This document shows, in pieces, positions 47,557-58,414 of a stretch of 64,000 nt of DNA. The translations under genes were made by a program, and so were the position numbers. The notes under the pieces were generated by a model. The model saw only the letters and a program-made list of their open reading frames with translations. It was not told where the DNA came from and searched no databases. Position 1 is the stretch's first letter; each line of letters opens with the position of its first letter. Source of the stretch: a bacterium (GTDB lineage Bacteria > UBA8248); contig OZ241326.1 of NCBI GenBank assembly GCA_965199855.1, positions 2,720,001-2,784,000 on the forward strand, given 5' to 3'.

Positions 47557-48567
47557 TCAGGTCGCGCCGCTCCCGCCCGACGGCCCCTGGGCGCGATTCC
47601 CCTGCAGTTCGTATTCCGCCTCCGGCGCCAGCCGGGAAACGGGGAGGCCCCGATGGAAGCGCGCCACGCTCTCCGCCGCCTCCGACTCCATCCGCACCCG
47701 CGATTCTTTCGTATAAGAGCCGATATGGCTCGTCAGCAGAACGTTGTCGAGACTCGCCAGCGGGCCGGCGTAAGGCTCTTCCTCGAACACGTCCAGCGCC
47801 GCTCCGCCGATTCTTCCCCCCTCAAGCGCCTCCGCCAAGGCTTTTTCGTCAACCAGCCCACCGCGCGCGGTATTCACGAGAACGGCGTCCGGCTTCATCA
47901 GCGACAATTCCGCTTCCCCGACGTAATTCGCCGTCCCGGGAGTCCTGGGGAGGTGAAGGGTAATCACGTCCGCCCGCCGGAAAATCTCTTCCTTCTCCAC
48001 CCAGGCGATGCCGAGTTCGGCGCCGAACTCCGGGTCCGGCCTGACGTCACGGCCCAGGAGATTCGCGCCGAAAGCCCCGAGAAGCCGGGCGACGCGCTTG
48101 CCGATGCGGTTCACCCCGACAATTCCAACCGTCACATCGCCAATCCCCCGGCCGATGTCCCTCTCCCATCTTCCCGCGCGCAGCGCCGCGTCCGCCTTGC
48201 GGATTCCCCGAAGCATGGACGCGATCACGCCGATGGTCAAATCGGCCACGGCCGCGGAGGGCGCCTCGGGCGTATAAGCCACCTGAATCCCCCGCTCCCG
48301 CGCCGCCGGAAGATCCACGCTGTCCAGGCCGACGCCGACCCGGGAGATGAGCCTCAGGTTCGGGGCGCGCTCCATCACCTTCGCCGTAATCGGCTCCACG
48401 CCCGCGATGATGTAGCGCGCCTCGCCCACGAGGCCGTGCATCTCGCCCTCGCGCGGCCGGCGCCCGCGCGGCCGGAAGACGCATTCGACTCCCGCTTCCT
48501 CGAGAATTTCCAGGGGCCTGCGGCTGAACGCCCCGAAAGACGAAAGACTTATCAGCGCCCGGCTCAT
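47557..48567 (-). CDS. D-isomer 2-hydroxyacid (phosphoglycerate-type) dehydrogenase
   Basis: ISRVGVGLD, VNTARGG, LDVFEEEP, SHIG. Confidence 0.85.
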   Translation of the reverse strand: MSRALISLSSFGAFSRRPLEILEEAGVECVFRPRGRRPREGEMHGLVGEARYIIAGVEPITAKVMERAPNLRLISRVGVGLDSVDLPAARERGIQVAYTPEAPSAAVADLTIGVIASMLRGIRKADAALRAGRWERDIGRGIGDVTVGIVGVNRIGKRVARLLGAFGANLLGRDVRPDPEFGAELGIAWVEKEEIFRRADVITLHLPRTPGTANYVGEAELSLMKPDAVLVNTARGGLVDEKALAEALEGGRIGGAALDVFEEEPYAGPLASLDNVLLTSHIGSYTKESRVRMESEAAESVARFHRGLPVSRLAPEAEYELQGNRAQGPSGGSGAT

Positions 48568-48652
48568 GCCCGCGTTTTCCGTTCAGGGTCGGGCGCGTCG
48601 GCGCCTTGAAGCCTCTTTCGCGGCAGGATATTCCCCATGTCCCCGGCCGCGC

Positions 48653-49678
48653 TCAGGCGATGTGGACGACCCGCTCCCGGGCCTTCCGGCTCAGCGGAAA
48701 GTCAAGGCGCGCGTTGCCCAGCGCTTCGGATTCGTGGAAAGCGATCACCATTTCCAGGGATTTCATTCCGTCTTCCAGGGCGCAACTCAACTCTCCTGTC
48801 CCCAGAAGCTCCAGAATGCCGCTTCTCGTGAGTTCCACGATGTCGAAATCGCCGCCGTCGAACGGCCTCCGCTCCATGGGCGTCCCGTATCGGGTCAGGG
48901 GAGCGGACCTGTCTTTCTCCGCGCGGGCTTCCAGCCGCCAGGAAGCGTTGAGTTCGTCGATGACGATTCTGCCGTATCTGCCCGCGAGAACGATCAGATA
49001 CTGAACGCCCGTGTCCTCGCATGACTCCACGTAGCCCCTCATGCCGTTCTCGAACACGACGACGCCGAAGCCTGCGGGGTCCTCGTATTGCGCGCCTCTC
49101 GGATTGGGCGTGCCCGTGCGATCCAGCGCGCCCATCGCCCAGGCGGGCTCGGAGCCGGAGAGAAACCGCATCAAATCGAAAATGTGGATGACGTAATTTC
49201 CGAGGCCCACGCTGCCGATATGAAAGTACAGATGGCGAAGATCGCCTATGGCGCCTTCCCGAATGGCGTCCCTCAGGCGATGATACGCCGGGCTCCAGCG
49301 GCGTATGTGGTTGACCGACACCCGCGCCTTCGTCCGGCTCACGGCCTCCAGCGCCCGGTCGGCGTCCCTGAGGCTCGTCGCCGCCGGCTTCTCGCAGACG
49401 ATGCGGGGGATTCCGGCCTCGGCGGCGGCGATGACGATTTCCGCGTGGGTGGGCCCGTTCGAGACCACGCTCAGAACGTCGAGCGATTCCTTCGCCAGCA
49501 GATCCCGATAATCCGAATAAACGCGGTCGCGGGGGAAATCCGGCAAAACCTCGCCTACGCGCTCGGGCCGCCACTCGCAGATGGCGGCCACCTCGCAGGG
49601 CGTTCCCTCGTAGGCGCGATAGTGCCTCTGCCCCATGCCGCCGAACCCGACGATGCCCGCCCTGAGCGCCACGCTCAT
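48653..49678 (-). CDS. Gfo/Idh/MocA oxidoreductase
   Basis: GIVGFGGMG, CEKP, IHIFD. Confidence 0.85.
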   Translation of the reverse strand: MSVALRAGIVGFGGMGQRHYRAYEGTPCEVAAICEWRPERVGEVLPDFPRDRVYSDYRDLLAKESLDVLSVVSNGPTHAEIVIAAAEAGIPRIVCEKPAATSLRDADRALEAVSRTKARVSVNHIRRWSPAYHRLRDAIREGAIGDLRHLYFHIGSVGLGNYVIHIFDLMRFLSGSEPAWAMGALDRTGTPNPRGAQYEDPAGFGVVVFENGMRGYVESCEDTGVQYLIVLAGRYGRIVIDELNASWRLEARAEKDRSAPLTRYGTPMERRPFDGGDFDIVELTRSGILELLGTGELSCALEDGMKSLEMVIAFHESEALGNARLDFPLSRKARERVVHIA

Positions 49679-49885
49679 TCCACCGTAATGACGGCGAAAA
49701 GACGGCAAGGCCTCCCGACGGAATTCGCGCTTCGCCCCTCCGGCCGTCCATCGGCGTCCCTGTTTTCCAAAGCGTATTCGACCATTTGCGTCCCTTGTCC
49801 CGTTTTCGGCTTCCGGACGACGCCCCTGATGCGCCGCCGCAATATCCCCAAACCTCTCCCGAATATCAAACGCCTCGAATACTTT

Positions 49886-51862
49886 TCAGCCGCCGCGGAC
49901 TTCCCCGTCTCTCGCCTCCATGCCCAGCAACGCTCGCCATTTCGGGAGTTCGGGGTCGAGGTTCCAGTAGTCCCGCACGAAGGCCCTTTTCTCGTCCCAT
50001 CCTTTTCGGGGGCCGTTTTTCAGGTAGGCTTCCAGTTTTTCCCTCAATTCATCCGGCGTACTTACCGAGCGGCAATAGTCTTCATATCCCGCCAGCGCGT
50101 TCATGGTGAACGCGGAACTGAAAACGGGCGTGAAAACCTCGCACCCGAAAGCGAGAGCGTCTATCGACACGGCGCTCGTGGGGACGAGGGCGACATCGGC
50201 CTTTTCGAGACAGGCGTTGATATCTCCTTCCTTGACTTCCCAATGGCGTTCTTCCGGCTGAATATCGAGTTCTCTCAGCAAAGGACCCAGGGGCATTGCA
50301 GGATGGCCCTTCAGCCAAACCATCCATTCCCCCGCAAGCCCGGAAGCGCTCGAAAGAAAACCCAGCAGGGATTTCGTCTCTTCCCGGACAGAGGAGCCCG
50401 CAACCAGCAGGAGCAGCCTGTCTCCCTTCGGAGGCGGCAGGGCTTTCATTCTCTCGACCAGCGGCAACTGGCGAATCGCCTCCGCTTCGCAAAGGCCCGG
50501 ATATCCCCATTCAGAGAGGCGCGCGCGCGACGCCGCGCCATTGGCGGCGATTTTCACGGGGAGCGGCAGGCCGTCGGGCAGCCGGGATGATTCTATCTCC
50601 GATTTGTGATGAGCGAAAAACGGGTAATTGCGGGAAATGACCGTGTGGATGAAGCCGATGGACTCCAGGTCGGGCCTTTCGCATAGAATGGCCCGATTCA
50701 TCGCCTTCTCCCAAGCCTGCATCTCGCACGGATACACGCACTGCGAGGCGCCGCCCGAAGCGCGGAAAAACCTCCTGAACGCCTTGTATTGAATCAGTCC
50801 GCGCATCGCCTCTACGCCGCAAAACGAGCGTCGCCATAAACTCCGAACGAGGGGGCAGCACTCGACGGGAAACAAATCCCCGCACATTCGCGCCTCATCG
50901 AGGCTTCTCTCCAGCATGAAATATCTGCCCGCCTGCCGCAGCCATAGGTAAAGCGCGCCAACAGCCTCCCGAAAGCCGACGAATTCATCAAGGAAGGCGA
51001 GGCGCTCGCCGTTTTTCTGAAACTTTCTGGCGATTTTCAGGGCTTCCCAAAAGGCGGCGCCCTGGATGCGCGCGAACATCAAAAGCCAGAAAATGGGCTC
51101 TTCCCGCCCGGCGCGGATATTCTGAATCGGCTCGAAATACCTGTTGCGAAACGAGCCGCCCTCGCCCTCGTTCAGATACGGAAAATAACTGACGAACACG
51201 CGGGAGGCCGTGGAAGCCGCCTCGCGCCGGGAAAAGCCCATCACCGCCCTGGCGAGCAGCACCTTCCAGCACGCCTGCAACCAGCCCGCAAGCGCAAGCA
51301 ACAGCGCGCCCGGCAGGGCGGCCCTCATATTTTGCGGGTCGAACGTCCCGGGCTTTTTCACAAGGCGGAACGAGACGCCGGAAGCGTCCGCCATGCGCTC
51401 GATGGTCTCTCGAAGATTTCTGCTTTTCACGGCCACGGCCGCGCTTTCGTATTTCCCGGTTCGCAATTCCCTTTGAACCGCAAGCGCCTGGGCAAGCCGG
51501 AGGAACGTGTCCGTTTTCAGGGGGTTTTTTTCTGAAATCGGCCCCAGCCAGAAGCCGCTTATCCCGTTCTCGCTCGTCCTGAAAAAGCGCCGGACGGAAA
51601 CGCCGCGGACGCGCGAGTCTCCCCGCTCGGCGGACCACTTCGGAAGTTCGCGGCAAAGAGTTTCAACTTCCCGCTCGACGAGCCGGGCCGAATCCAGCGC
51701 GGCGACCGGCGCCGGGCCGCGCTTCGAGAGCGCTCGTTCAATGCGTCGTATCAGCGTCCAGTTTCCGGTTAGCGGAAAAAGAGAAATCGAATCGCGTCCG
51801 CCCGGAATCCCGTCCCGCGCTTCTTCATACGGGAAACTCCCGTCAAAAATGAACAGCAACAT
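49886..51862 (-). CDS. Surface carbohydrate biosynthesis protein (uncharacterised, GT-B-like)
   Basis: 658-aa ORF inside the operon; YPCEMQAWE, EAIR and KGHP motifs. Confidence 0.55.
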   Translation of the reverse strand: MLLFIFDGSFPYEEARDGIPGGRDSISLFPLTGNWTLIRRIERALSKRGPAPVAALDSARLVEREVETLCRELPKWSAERGDSRVRGVSVRRFFRTSENGISGFWLGPISEKNPLKTDTFLRLAQALAVQRELRTGKYESAAVAVKSRNLRETIERMADASGVSFRLVKKPGTFDPQNMRAALPGALLLALAGWLQACWKVLLARAVMGFSRREAASTASRVFVSYFPYLNEGEGGSFRNRYFEPIQNIRAGREEPIFWLLMFARIQGAAFWEALKIARKFQKNGERLAFLDEFVGFREAVGALYLWLRQAGRYFMLERSLDEARMCGDLFPVECCPLVRSLWRRSFCGVEAMRGLIQYKAFRRFFRASGGASQCVYPCEMQAWEKAMNRAILCERPDLESIGFIHTVISRNYPFFAHHKSEIESSRLPDGLPLPVKIAANGAASRARLSEWGYPGLCEAEAIRQLPLVERMKALPPPKGDRLLLLVAGSSVREETKSLLGFLSSASGLAGEWMVWLKGHPAMPLGPLLRELDIQPEERHWEVKEGDINACLEKADVALVPTSAVSIDALAFGCEVFTPVFSSAFTMNALAGYEDYCRSVSTPDELREKLEAYLKNGPRKGWDEKRAFVRDYWNLDPELPKWRALLGMEARDGEVRGG

Positions 51863-52036
51863 GCCTGAACCGCCGTCTTCGGATGGCGCTCACCCCTCAA
51901 GCCGAAGCGAGAGGTCCGGAATCAGCCGGGCGAACGAAGGAATTTTCCCGTGACGGCGGTTCAAAACGAACGGAACGGTCGGATTCCGGGCTCATTCTCA
52001 TCCGCCGACGGGAGGGCGCCCGGGAAGATGGGCGAG

Positions 52037-52951
52037 TCAAGAAAGGCTTCTGACTTTCTCGAGTGAATCCGGCTGCATGTCGTCATAAATTTCCCGCAGG
52101 CACTCCAGCAACCCGCCCCCCATGTCCATATATTCGTTGGCGACGAGCTTCCGGCCGATTTTCGGCTCGAAAGTATAGGGCGTCGTGCGATAGTGCCCTG
52201 ACTGGCCATTCCGATCGAACTCCAGCTCGACGTCTCCCCCTACGATTTCCCGTATTATTTCCAGAAATTCCCTGGTGCGGATGGGGTATGGGCCGGTGAT
52301 TATCAGGTGCCGGTTGGCGTGCTCCTCATCGAGAACGCTGACGCAAAGGCGGGCCGCGTCCTTCACGTTGACGTATTCACGGACCTCATCACCGGCCACG
52401 GAGCACTGAATGCGCTTTTCGGAGAGCGCCTGGCGGAGATAGCGGTGGACGCTGTTTCTCTCGTCCGCCCGGGTGCCGAACAGCGTCCCGAAGCGAAGAA
52501 TCGTATAATCCAGGCCATACTGGCTCCGGTATTCCTCTATGTAGAGCTCCGCCGCCTGTTTGCTGCACCGGTAGAAGCCGCCCCGGTTGCTGTAGACGTA
52601 TATGGAACTGGCGTGGATATAGCGCGCGACGCCCGCCTCCAGGGACGCATCCAGGATATTCACGGTTCCCAGAACGTTCTGGGCGACGGTCTGGGCGGCC
52701 TTCGTTTTCGCATCCTCAAGATCCGCGATCCCGGCGAGATTATAGACGGCGTCGCGGCCCCTCAGCGCCTCGCGCACCTGACCGAAGTCGAGAATATCGC
52801 CGATGCGCATCTCCTGACCCGGCCGCAGATACGGGGAGCGCTTCAGGTCGAACAGAAGAACCTCATGTCCCTCATCCGCCAGCGCGTCGGCCAGATGGCT
52901 GCCGACGAAGCCCGAGCCGCCGAAAACGACGACTTTCAACTTCTCGTCCAC
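52037..52951 (-). CDS. NAD-dependent epimerase/dehydratase
   Basis: GGSGFVG, YRCSK. Confidence 0.88.
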   Translation of the reverse strand: MDEKLKVVVFGGSGFVGSHLADALADEGHEVLLFDLKRSPYLRPGQEMRIGDILDFGQVREALRGRDAVYNLAGIADLEDAKTKAAQTVAQNVLGTVNILDASLEAGVARYIHASSIYVYSNRGGFYRCSKQAAELYIEEYRSQYGLDYTILRFGTLFGTRADERNSVHRYLRQALSEKRIQCSVAGDEVREYVNVKDAARLCVSVLDEEHANRHLIITGPYPIRTREFLEIIREIVGGDVELEFDRNGQSGHYRTTPYTFEPKIGRKLVANEYMDMGGGLLECLREIYDDMQPDSLEKVRSLS

Positions 52952-52954
52952 GAG

Positions 52955-53680
52955 TCAGTCTCCGCCCGCCACGGATACGATTTGCCCCGTTATGTAATCC
53001 GCGCTCTTCGAGAGGAAATAAACGGCCAGCGACGCGATTTCATCCGGCCGCGCCATTCTCTTCATTGGAACCATGGCGATTCTTTTCTTCATATCCTTGC
53101 CGGGCGTATATTTCTGATGCGCGTCCGTATCCGTAACCCCCGGCCGCACGGCGTTGACGCAAATGCCCTTCTCCGCGCCCCGGCGGGCGAAGCCCAGGGT
53201 CAGCGCGTCCACCGTCGCCTTGGAGACGCCATAGTGAAAAGTCGTCTCCCCGCCAACGTATTTCGCGGAAATGGAGCCGATGTTGAGTATTTTCCCCCCT
53301 TCTTCCGCCATCTTCCGAAACGCCCATTGCGACAGCAAAAAGGGGGTCTCCACGTTGACCGCGAATACGCGCCGCCAAAGCTGCAGGTCTATCTCCTCCA
53401 GCCTGGCTTCCTCGATGACCGCGCCGGCGTTGTTGACGAGCGCGTCCAGCCGCCCCCACTCCGCATCGTAGGCGTCCATGAGGGATTTCACCTGCTCCGG
53501 ATATTCAAAATCGGACCGGTGAACCCTCAAGCGGCCCCCGGGAGCGTATTCCTCCGCCAGTTTCTCCAGCCCGGGGCTGCTCGTCCTGTAATGGGCGAAA
53601 ACGCTGTCTCCATTGTCGAGCAGAAGGCGCAGGATAGCCAGCCCGATGCCCGAACTCGCGCCCGTCAGCAGCACGTTCAT
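52955..53680 (-). CDS. SDR oxidoreductase
   Basis: TGASSGIG, NNAG, YGVSK. Confidence 0.88.
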   Translation of the reverse strand: MNVLLTGASSGIGLAILRLLLDNGDSVFAHYRTSSPGLEKLAEEYAPGGRLRVHRSDFEYPEQVKSLMDAYDAEWGRLDALVNNAGAVIEEARLEEIDLQLWRRVFAVNVETPFLLSQWAFRKMAEEGGKILNIGSISAKYVGGETTFHYGVSKATVDALTLGFARRGAEKGICVNAVRPGVTDTDAHQKYTPGKDMKKRIAMVPMKRMARPDEIASLAVYFLSKSADYITGQIVSVAGGD

Positions 53681-53694
53681 GGGAATTTGACGCC

Positions 53695-54504
53695 TCACGC
53701 TTTCTCATCGAATGGAGAAGACCTGCGCCCCTCCTCGTCGAACCCATGCTCCATCAGCCAGTGCTTCACGAGCGGCATCTGCCATTCATGGTCAACGTCC
53801 AGGCCTCCCCATTGCCGCAAAGGGTAAATTCTCCGTCCCATCCATTTGAACGGCAGCAGGCCGCCCTCGATGTCCTCAAAGCACCGGGGGCGAACGACGG
53901 CCAGCCCCCCGTCGGCAAACCACGAATCACCATGTGAGTCGCGGTCGCAACTCAGGGTCGCCGGGTCGCCGAACGACTCGAACGGCACGAAGGGGCACAA
54001 AAGGCCATTCTCGCCAATCTTCCGCGCCCGAAGCGGACTCCACATATTATAGCAGGAAACGGTAATGGCGGAGTCGTAAGACGGGTTTTCCCGCAATACC
54101 CGAATTCCCTCCTCAATCGCCTCGGGCAGGACAGTCGGAGCGTTGCAGTAAAGAAGCGCGAAGAACTCCACGTCCACGCCCAGCTTCTTCCGCTCATCCG
54201 TTATGACCCGATGCCCGTGCACGTAGGCGTCTTCGCTGAGAGCCTCTTTGGTCGTCAGTTCCGGAGGCCGGACAATCACCCGGGCGCCCATGCCGCGGGC
54301 GAGCACCATCAATTCCTCATCGTCCGTAGAGAGATAGACCTCATCCACGCTCGGCGCGTCCAGGGCCGCCTTCAGGGAATAATAGGAAAGCGGCCTCCCG
54401 AGAACCGGACGGGTATTCTTGCCGGGAAAGCCCGTGCTTCCCTTTCTCCCCAGCGACAAGGCGGCTATGCAACTTCGCTTCTCATTCATTTTCTCAAGCC
54501 CCAT
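53695..54504 (-). CDS. Acylneuraminate-type cytidylyltransferase
   Basis: GRKGSTGFPGKN, STDD, RP, DVD. Confidence 0.85.
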   Translation of the reverse strand: MGLEKMNEKRSCIAALSLGRKGSTGFPGKNTRPVLGRPLSYYSLKAALDAPSVDEVYLSTDDEELMVLARGMGARVIVRPPELTTKEALSEDAYVHGHRVITDERKKLGVDVEFFALLYCNAPTVLPEAIEEGIRVLRENPSYDSAITVSCYNMWSPLRARKIGENGLLCPFVPFESFGDPATLSCDRDSHGDSWFADGGLAVVRPRCFEDIEGGLLPFKWMGRRIYPLRQWGGLDVDHEWQMPLVKHWLMEHGFDEEGRRSSPFDEKA

Positions 54505-54537
54505 CGCGCCGCGCTCCATCGCGGCTTTCGGATCGCC

Positions 54538-56298
54538 TTACGACTGCAGTTCCACGAGTTTTCGATATTGGCCTTCGTCCCGAACGAGCTCGGCATGGCT
54601 TCCTTCCTGAATGATTCGCCCGTTTTCGAGAACCAGAATCTTGTCCGCGTTTTTTATCGTGGAAAGGCGATGGGCGACGACCAGGATGGTCGCCCGCCCA
54701 GCGAGACTCTGGATGGCGGCCTGGATGAGACGTTCGAACTCGCTGTCGAGCGAACTTGTCGCCTCATCCAGAACCAGGATTTCAGGAGAGCGGACAAGCA
54801 CCCTCGCGAGCGCCAGACGCTGTCTCTGGCCGCCGGACAGATTGAACCCCCGATTCCCGATGATCGTCCGGTAGCCCTCGGGCAGCTCCTCGATGAATTC
54901 GTGGGCATACGCCGTTTCCGCGGCTCTTCGCACCTCCCTTTCATCCGCCTCCTGGTTTCCATAGCGAATGTTGCTGAGCACCGTGTCGTTGAAAAGATAA
55001 GGGTCCTGCTCCACCACCCCGATTCGGCTGCGCCATTCATTCACGGAAACGTCCCGCAAGTCAACGTCATCGACGTAAATGACGCCCCGCGTCGGATCGT
55101 GAAGGCGAAGAAACAAATCGATGAAAGTGGTTTTTCCGCTTCCCGAGGAGCCCACGATCGCCGTCGTCCCGCCCTTTTCAATCGACGCGCTTATCCCGCT
55201 CAGCGCGCTGTCCCGGGAGCCTGGATAGGTGAACGATACGTCTTCAAAGCGCACGCCCTTTTCCACGGCGCCGATGGAAGCGCGGCCTTCGGGCAGATAT
55301 TCCCCGCTTTCGCTTTTCGAGAACTCCCGAATCCTCGCCAGATGGGGGGAGAGCTCGTTGGCGACGACCCAATAGTGGTTGAGCGCTTTCAGCTTGGGCA
55401 GAACGTGCAGGCAGATGACCAGAAACACGGCGAGAATCGCAAAGGGGATATCCAGAAACGAGACGGCGAAAACCAGACAGGCTACCATGAAGAGAAAAAG
55501 CAGGGGCTCGGAAAACAGGAAGGTGATAATCCTGTTGTCCATAATCTGCAGAGAGACCCGGCGATAATCGTTCGTGACGCTTCTGTAGCATTCTGCGTGC
55601 CGCACGGTATTTTCAAACGCTTTTACCGTCTTGATCCCGGAGAAGACGTCATGAAGGTAGGAGCTGATGTCCTCCACGCCCTGCGATTCCTCTTTGCCTT
55701 TCAAATACCCCTTCCGAAAGCGGGGAAACAGAAAAATATAGGCGACCGACAGCAGGCCCGCCACGAAAACGGTGAGCCTGAAGGAGATCGCCAGATTTAT
55801 GGCCAGATACAGGGCGCAGAATAAAACGCTGTTGACGATGTGCGTCCCGCATTCAAAAACCACGCCCGCGTTTTGCGAGGAAGTGAGCTGGACGGCGACC
55901 AAATCGCCGACTTTTCTCTTGTAGAAAAACGAAAGCGGAAGGCGCATCAGGTTTTTGAAGGCCTCTCCTCTCAGGTCATACGTGATCCTCGAGCTCAGAA
56001 CCCGCGCGAAGTGCGTGGACGCCGCAACCAGGGCGTATTTTACGAGCATGGCGATTGTGAACAGCGTGATGAGGCTCGTGAACGAATACTCCAGGCCGAC
56101 GAAGCCGACTCCCCATTTGGCGTAGTCCGCAAAGATATGATTCGTATCCACGTCCAGCAGCGTCTGAAAAATGGGGACCAGCGTCCCCAGGCCGATGCTC
56201 TCGAACATCGTCGCCAAAACGAGAATGGAAAAATACAGGAGCAGCAGCCCCTTGTAGTTCCGGGCGATGGAGAGAATATCTTTCCTGCTCTTGAACAT
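54538..56298 (-). CDS. ABC transporter permease/ATP-binding (PglK/MsbA-like exporter)
   Basis: TM domain plus GSSGSGKT, LSGGQRQR, DEATS. Confidence 0.9.
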   Translation of the reverse strand: MFKSRKDILSIARNYKGLLLLYFSILVLATMFESIGLGTLVPIFQTLLDVDTNHIFADYAKWGVGFVGLEYSFTSLITLFTIAMLVKYALVAASTHFARVLSSRITYDLRGEAFKNLMRLPLSFFYKRKVGDLVAVQLTSSQNAGVVFECGTHIVNSVLFCALYLAINLAISFRLTVFVAGLLSVAYIFLFPRFRKGYLKGKEESQGVEDISSYLHDVFSGIKTVKAFENTVRHAECYRSVTNDYRRVSLQIMDNRIITFLFSEPLLFLFMVACLVFAVSFLDIPFAILAVFLVICLHVLPKLKALNHYWVVANELSPHLARIREFSKSESGEYLPEGRASIGAVEKGVRFEDVSFTYPGSRDSALSGISASIEKGGTTAIVGSSGSGKTTFIDLFLRLHDPTRGVIYVDDVDLRDVSVNEWRSRIGVVEQDPYLFNDTVLSNIRYGNQEADEREVRRAAETAYAHEFIEELPEGYRTIIGNRGFNLSGGQRQRLALARVLVRSPEILVLDEATSSLDSEFERLIQAAIQSLAGRATILVVAHRLSTIKNADKILVLENGRIIQEGSHAELVRDEGQYRKLVELQS

Positions 56299-56340
56299 TG
56301 GAGAAGGAATCCATGGAGGCCGGCGGAATGGAACGGGCGA

Positions 56341-58317
56341 TTACGTTCGTTCCCGAAAGGCGTTCGTTTCCCGTCTCAATACCCGCGCCAAGCGTTCGGC
56401 GTTTCTGCCATCATGCTGGTAGTCGGAATCCATGCGCAGACGCTCCCAGTCGCAATCGAATCCCTCGAACCCGGACTCCAGCCCCCGCAGGGCGCCAAGC
56501 AGGTCCCCGGCGCTCTCGAGAACGAAGTCAGCGCCATATTCCCCGTAACTGCAGCACTCCATTCCCAGAAACGAAAAGGTAAATACCCGCGCGCCCGCAA
56601 TGGAAGCCTCGTTGATCCCCCAGGAGGAATTCGCCGCAATCACAAGGGCGCTGGCCGTCACCAGCTGATGCGTCGTAAACGTCTCATGGTCTATGAGGAA
56701 TCGGGCGTCCATATCGGGAAGGTCGAAAAATCGACGGGCGTATTCGACCCTTCCGACATCGGCCAGATTCCTGAAGCGAATGAATACATGACAATCCATC
56801 CGATGACGCCGAAAATCCATCAGCGCCTCGAACATCCTATCCCACTGCTCAAGCTTGCACAAACTGCTGACGCCCGGAAGCAGAATCGTGACAACCCACT
56901 TCCGCTTTCCGTATAGACGATGAATGTCCGAAGCGATTTTTTCCGATCTTTCCATTTCCTCGATCAGCCGGTCCACCGTGTGCCGGCCGGTTTTTTCCAG
57001 CTTCAAATCGCTCCAGGACGGGGCGAATGTCCTCGTATAGATTGCGCAAAGGGTCATCATCCTATCAAGGTGAACAAAGCTGTTTTCCGGTTGATGAGAA
57101 ATTGTCGACGCATGGACGATGCCGATTCGCTTCCTCCCGTTTCGACCCGTGGCGATGGTTTCCAGAATATGCCCTTCATTATACTCATTCCGCACCAACT
57201 CGACGTTATATTTCACGTTCTCCATTTCATATTGCTTCAGGATGTAGCGGTAAAGCGCCTTCGCCGTCGCCTGCGACATCGTGGCTGAAAGCCAGCTGGA
57301 ACCCGGCGGGAGAAGGAGGTTTCTCGCGATGCGCCACGAGCAGACGAAGGTGAACTTCAGAAGAGCCAGATTTACGCCATACTTTCTTTTATCCGCGTAA
57401 TGGTAGCCCCTTTCCTTCATTTCATCTTCAAACTCTTTTCTTTTCTCCGGCGGAAGTTTCCAATCGCCGAAGACGTGAACGATTTCCCCGGGCCGAAATC
57501 CCCTGCGATACAAGCCGAAGTCCTGGGATTCCAGCTCGCGGGACATTCCATCGCGCTGGAATCCCCGGCCATGCGCGCGAGAATCGCCATGGCGCGCCCG
57601 AAGAGCGTCCATATCCGCCTTGTCGGGTTCGAACACGCCATAGACAACCGGGAGGGCCAGCGCATAGCTCCCGCGCCGCGAAGAAATCCAGCCGCCCCTG
57701 ATATGCCGCAGGAAAAGCATGAAGGGGAGCGACAAAGACACCAGACGCCAGCCGCAGACTCGGAGCGCGTTCGAGAGCCGCACAAGCAGGCCCGAATGGT
57801 TCAAGCCGCCGCCGTCTCCCGCGTTTCGCAGCAAAGGGTGAATCTCTCCGAAGCATTCCATGCTTCCATCCGATACGGCCGCCACGCTGACGCTTTCATT
57901 CTTCAGCTTCTCGTAAAATTTTATGAAGGCGTATCTATAGGGAATTTTCCGCGCCAGCCACCTCTGGTAGAACTTGACGATGCTCTCGCTTTGAACGACG
58001 CCATCCAGCAGTCGATACGCTTCCGTCCTCCGGATGTCGTCTCTTTTCTCGCTGATCAGCTTCACCGCGTCCCGACTCACGCCAAAAAGATATTCCGCTA
58101 TATCCCCTATCCGAATCGCCCGCGTCTGCGCGCCGGGGTTGATCCAGCTCGCCAGCCTCATGATGTTTTTCTGCCTTGCGGAATCCCAATGACCGCGCTC
58201 CTGGGCAAAGGTATCCCGAAAAAAAAGGACAGTTCCGGCGCTTCTGATTTTCCTCGCGTTGAAAATGACCTTCGAGAAGGAATAACTCTCGAACAAAAGC
58301 ACGTCTATTTCGGACAT
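56341..58317 (-). CDS. Uncharacterised polysaccharide biosynthesis protein
   Basis: Long ORF in operon orientation; C-terminus (EA...G, DGRNAERL) resembles GT-B carbohydrate transferases. Confidence 0.5.
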   Translation of the reverse strand: MSEIDVLLFESYSFSKVIFNARKIRSAGTVLFFRDTFAQERGHWDSARQKNIMRLASWINPGAQTRAIRIGDIAEYLFGVSRDAVKLISEKRDDIRRTEAYRLLDGVVQSESIVKFYQRWLARKIPYRYAFIKFYEKLKNESVSVAAVSDGSMECFGEIHPLLRNAGDGGGLNHSGLLVRLSNALRVCGWRLVSLSLPFMLFLRHIRGGWISSRRGSYALALPVVYGVFEPDKADMDALRARHGDSRAHGRGFQRDGMSRELESQDFGLYRRGFRPGEIVHVFGDWKLPPEKRKEFEDEMKERGYHYADKRKYGVNLALLKFTFVCSWRIARNLLLPPGSSWLSATMSQATAKALYRYILKQYEMENVKYNVELVRNEYNEGHILETIATGRNGRKRIGIVHASTISHQPENSFVHLDRMMTLCAIYTRTFAPSWSDLKLEKTGRHTVDRLIEEMERSEKIASDIHRLYGKRKWVVTILLPGVSSLCKLEQWDRMFEALMDFRRHRMDCHVFIRFRNLADVGRVEYARRFFDLPDMDARFLIDHETFTTHQLVTASALVIAANSSWGINEASIAGARVFTFSFLGMECCSYGEYGADFVLESAGDLLGALRGLESGFEGFDCDWERLRMDSDYQHDGRNAERLARVLRRETNAFRERT

Positions 58318-58414
58318 CTCCGCAGCGGCCTCCATTCACGCGAAAACGCTTGCGCTTCCAACGCCGGAAAGCGGCTCGTCGGAGGCTCTTCCGGCCCTGA
58401 AGCGCGGGAAGGCC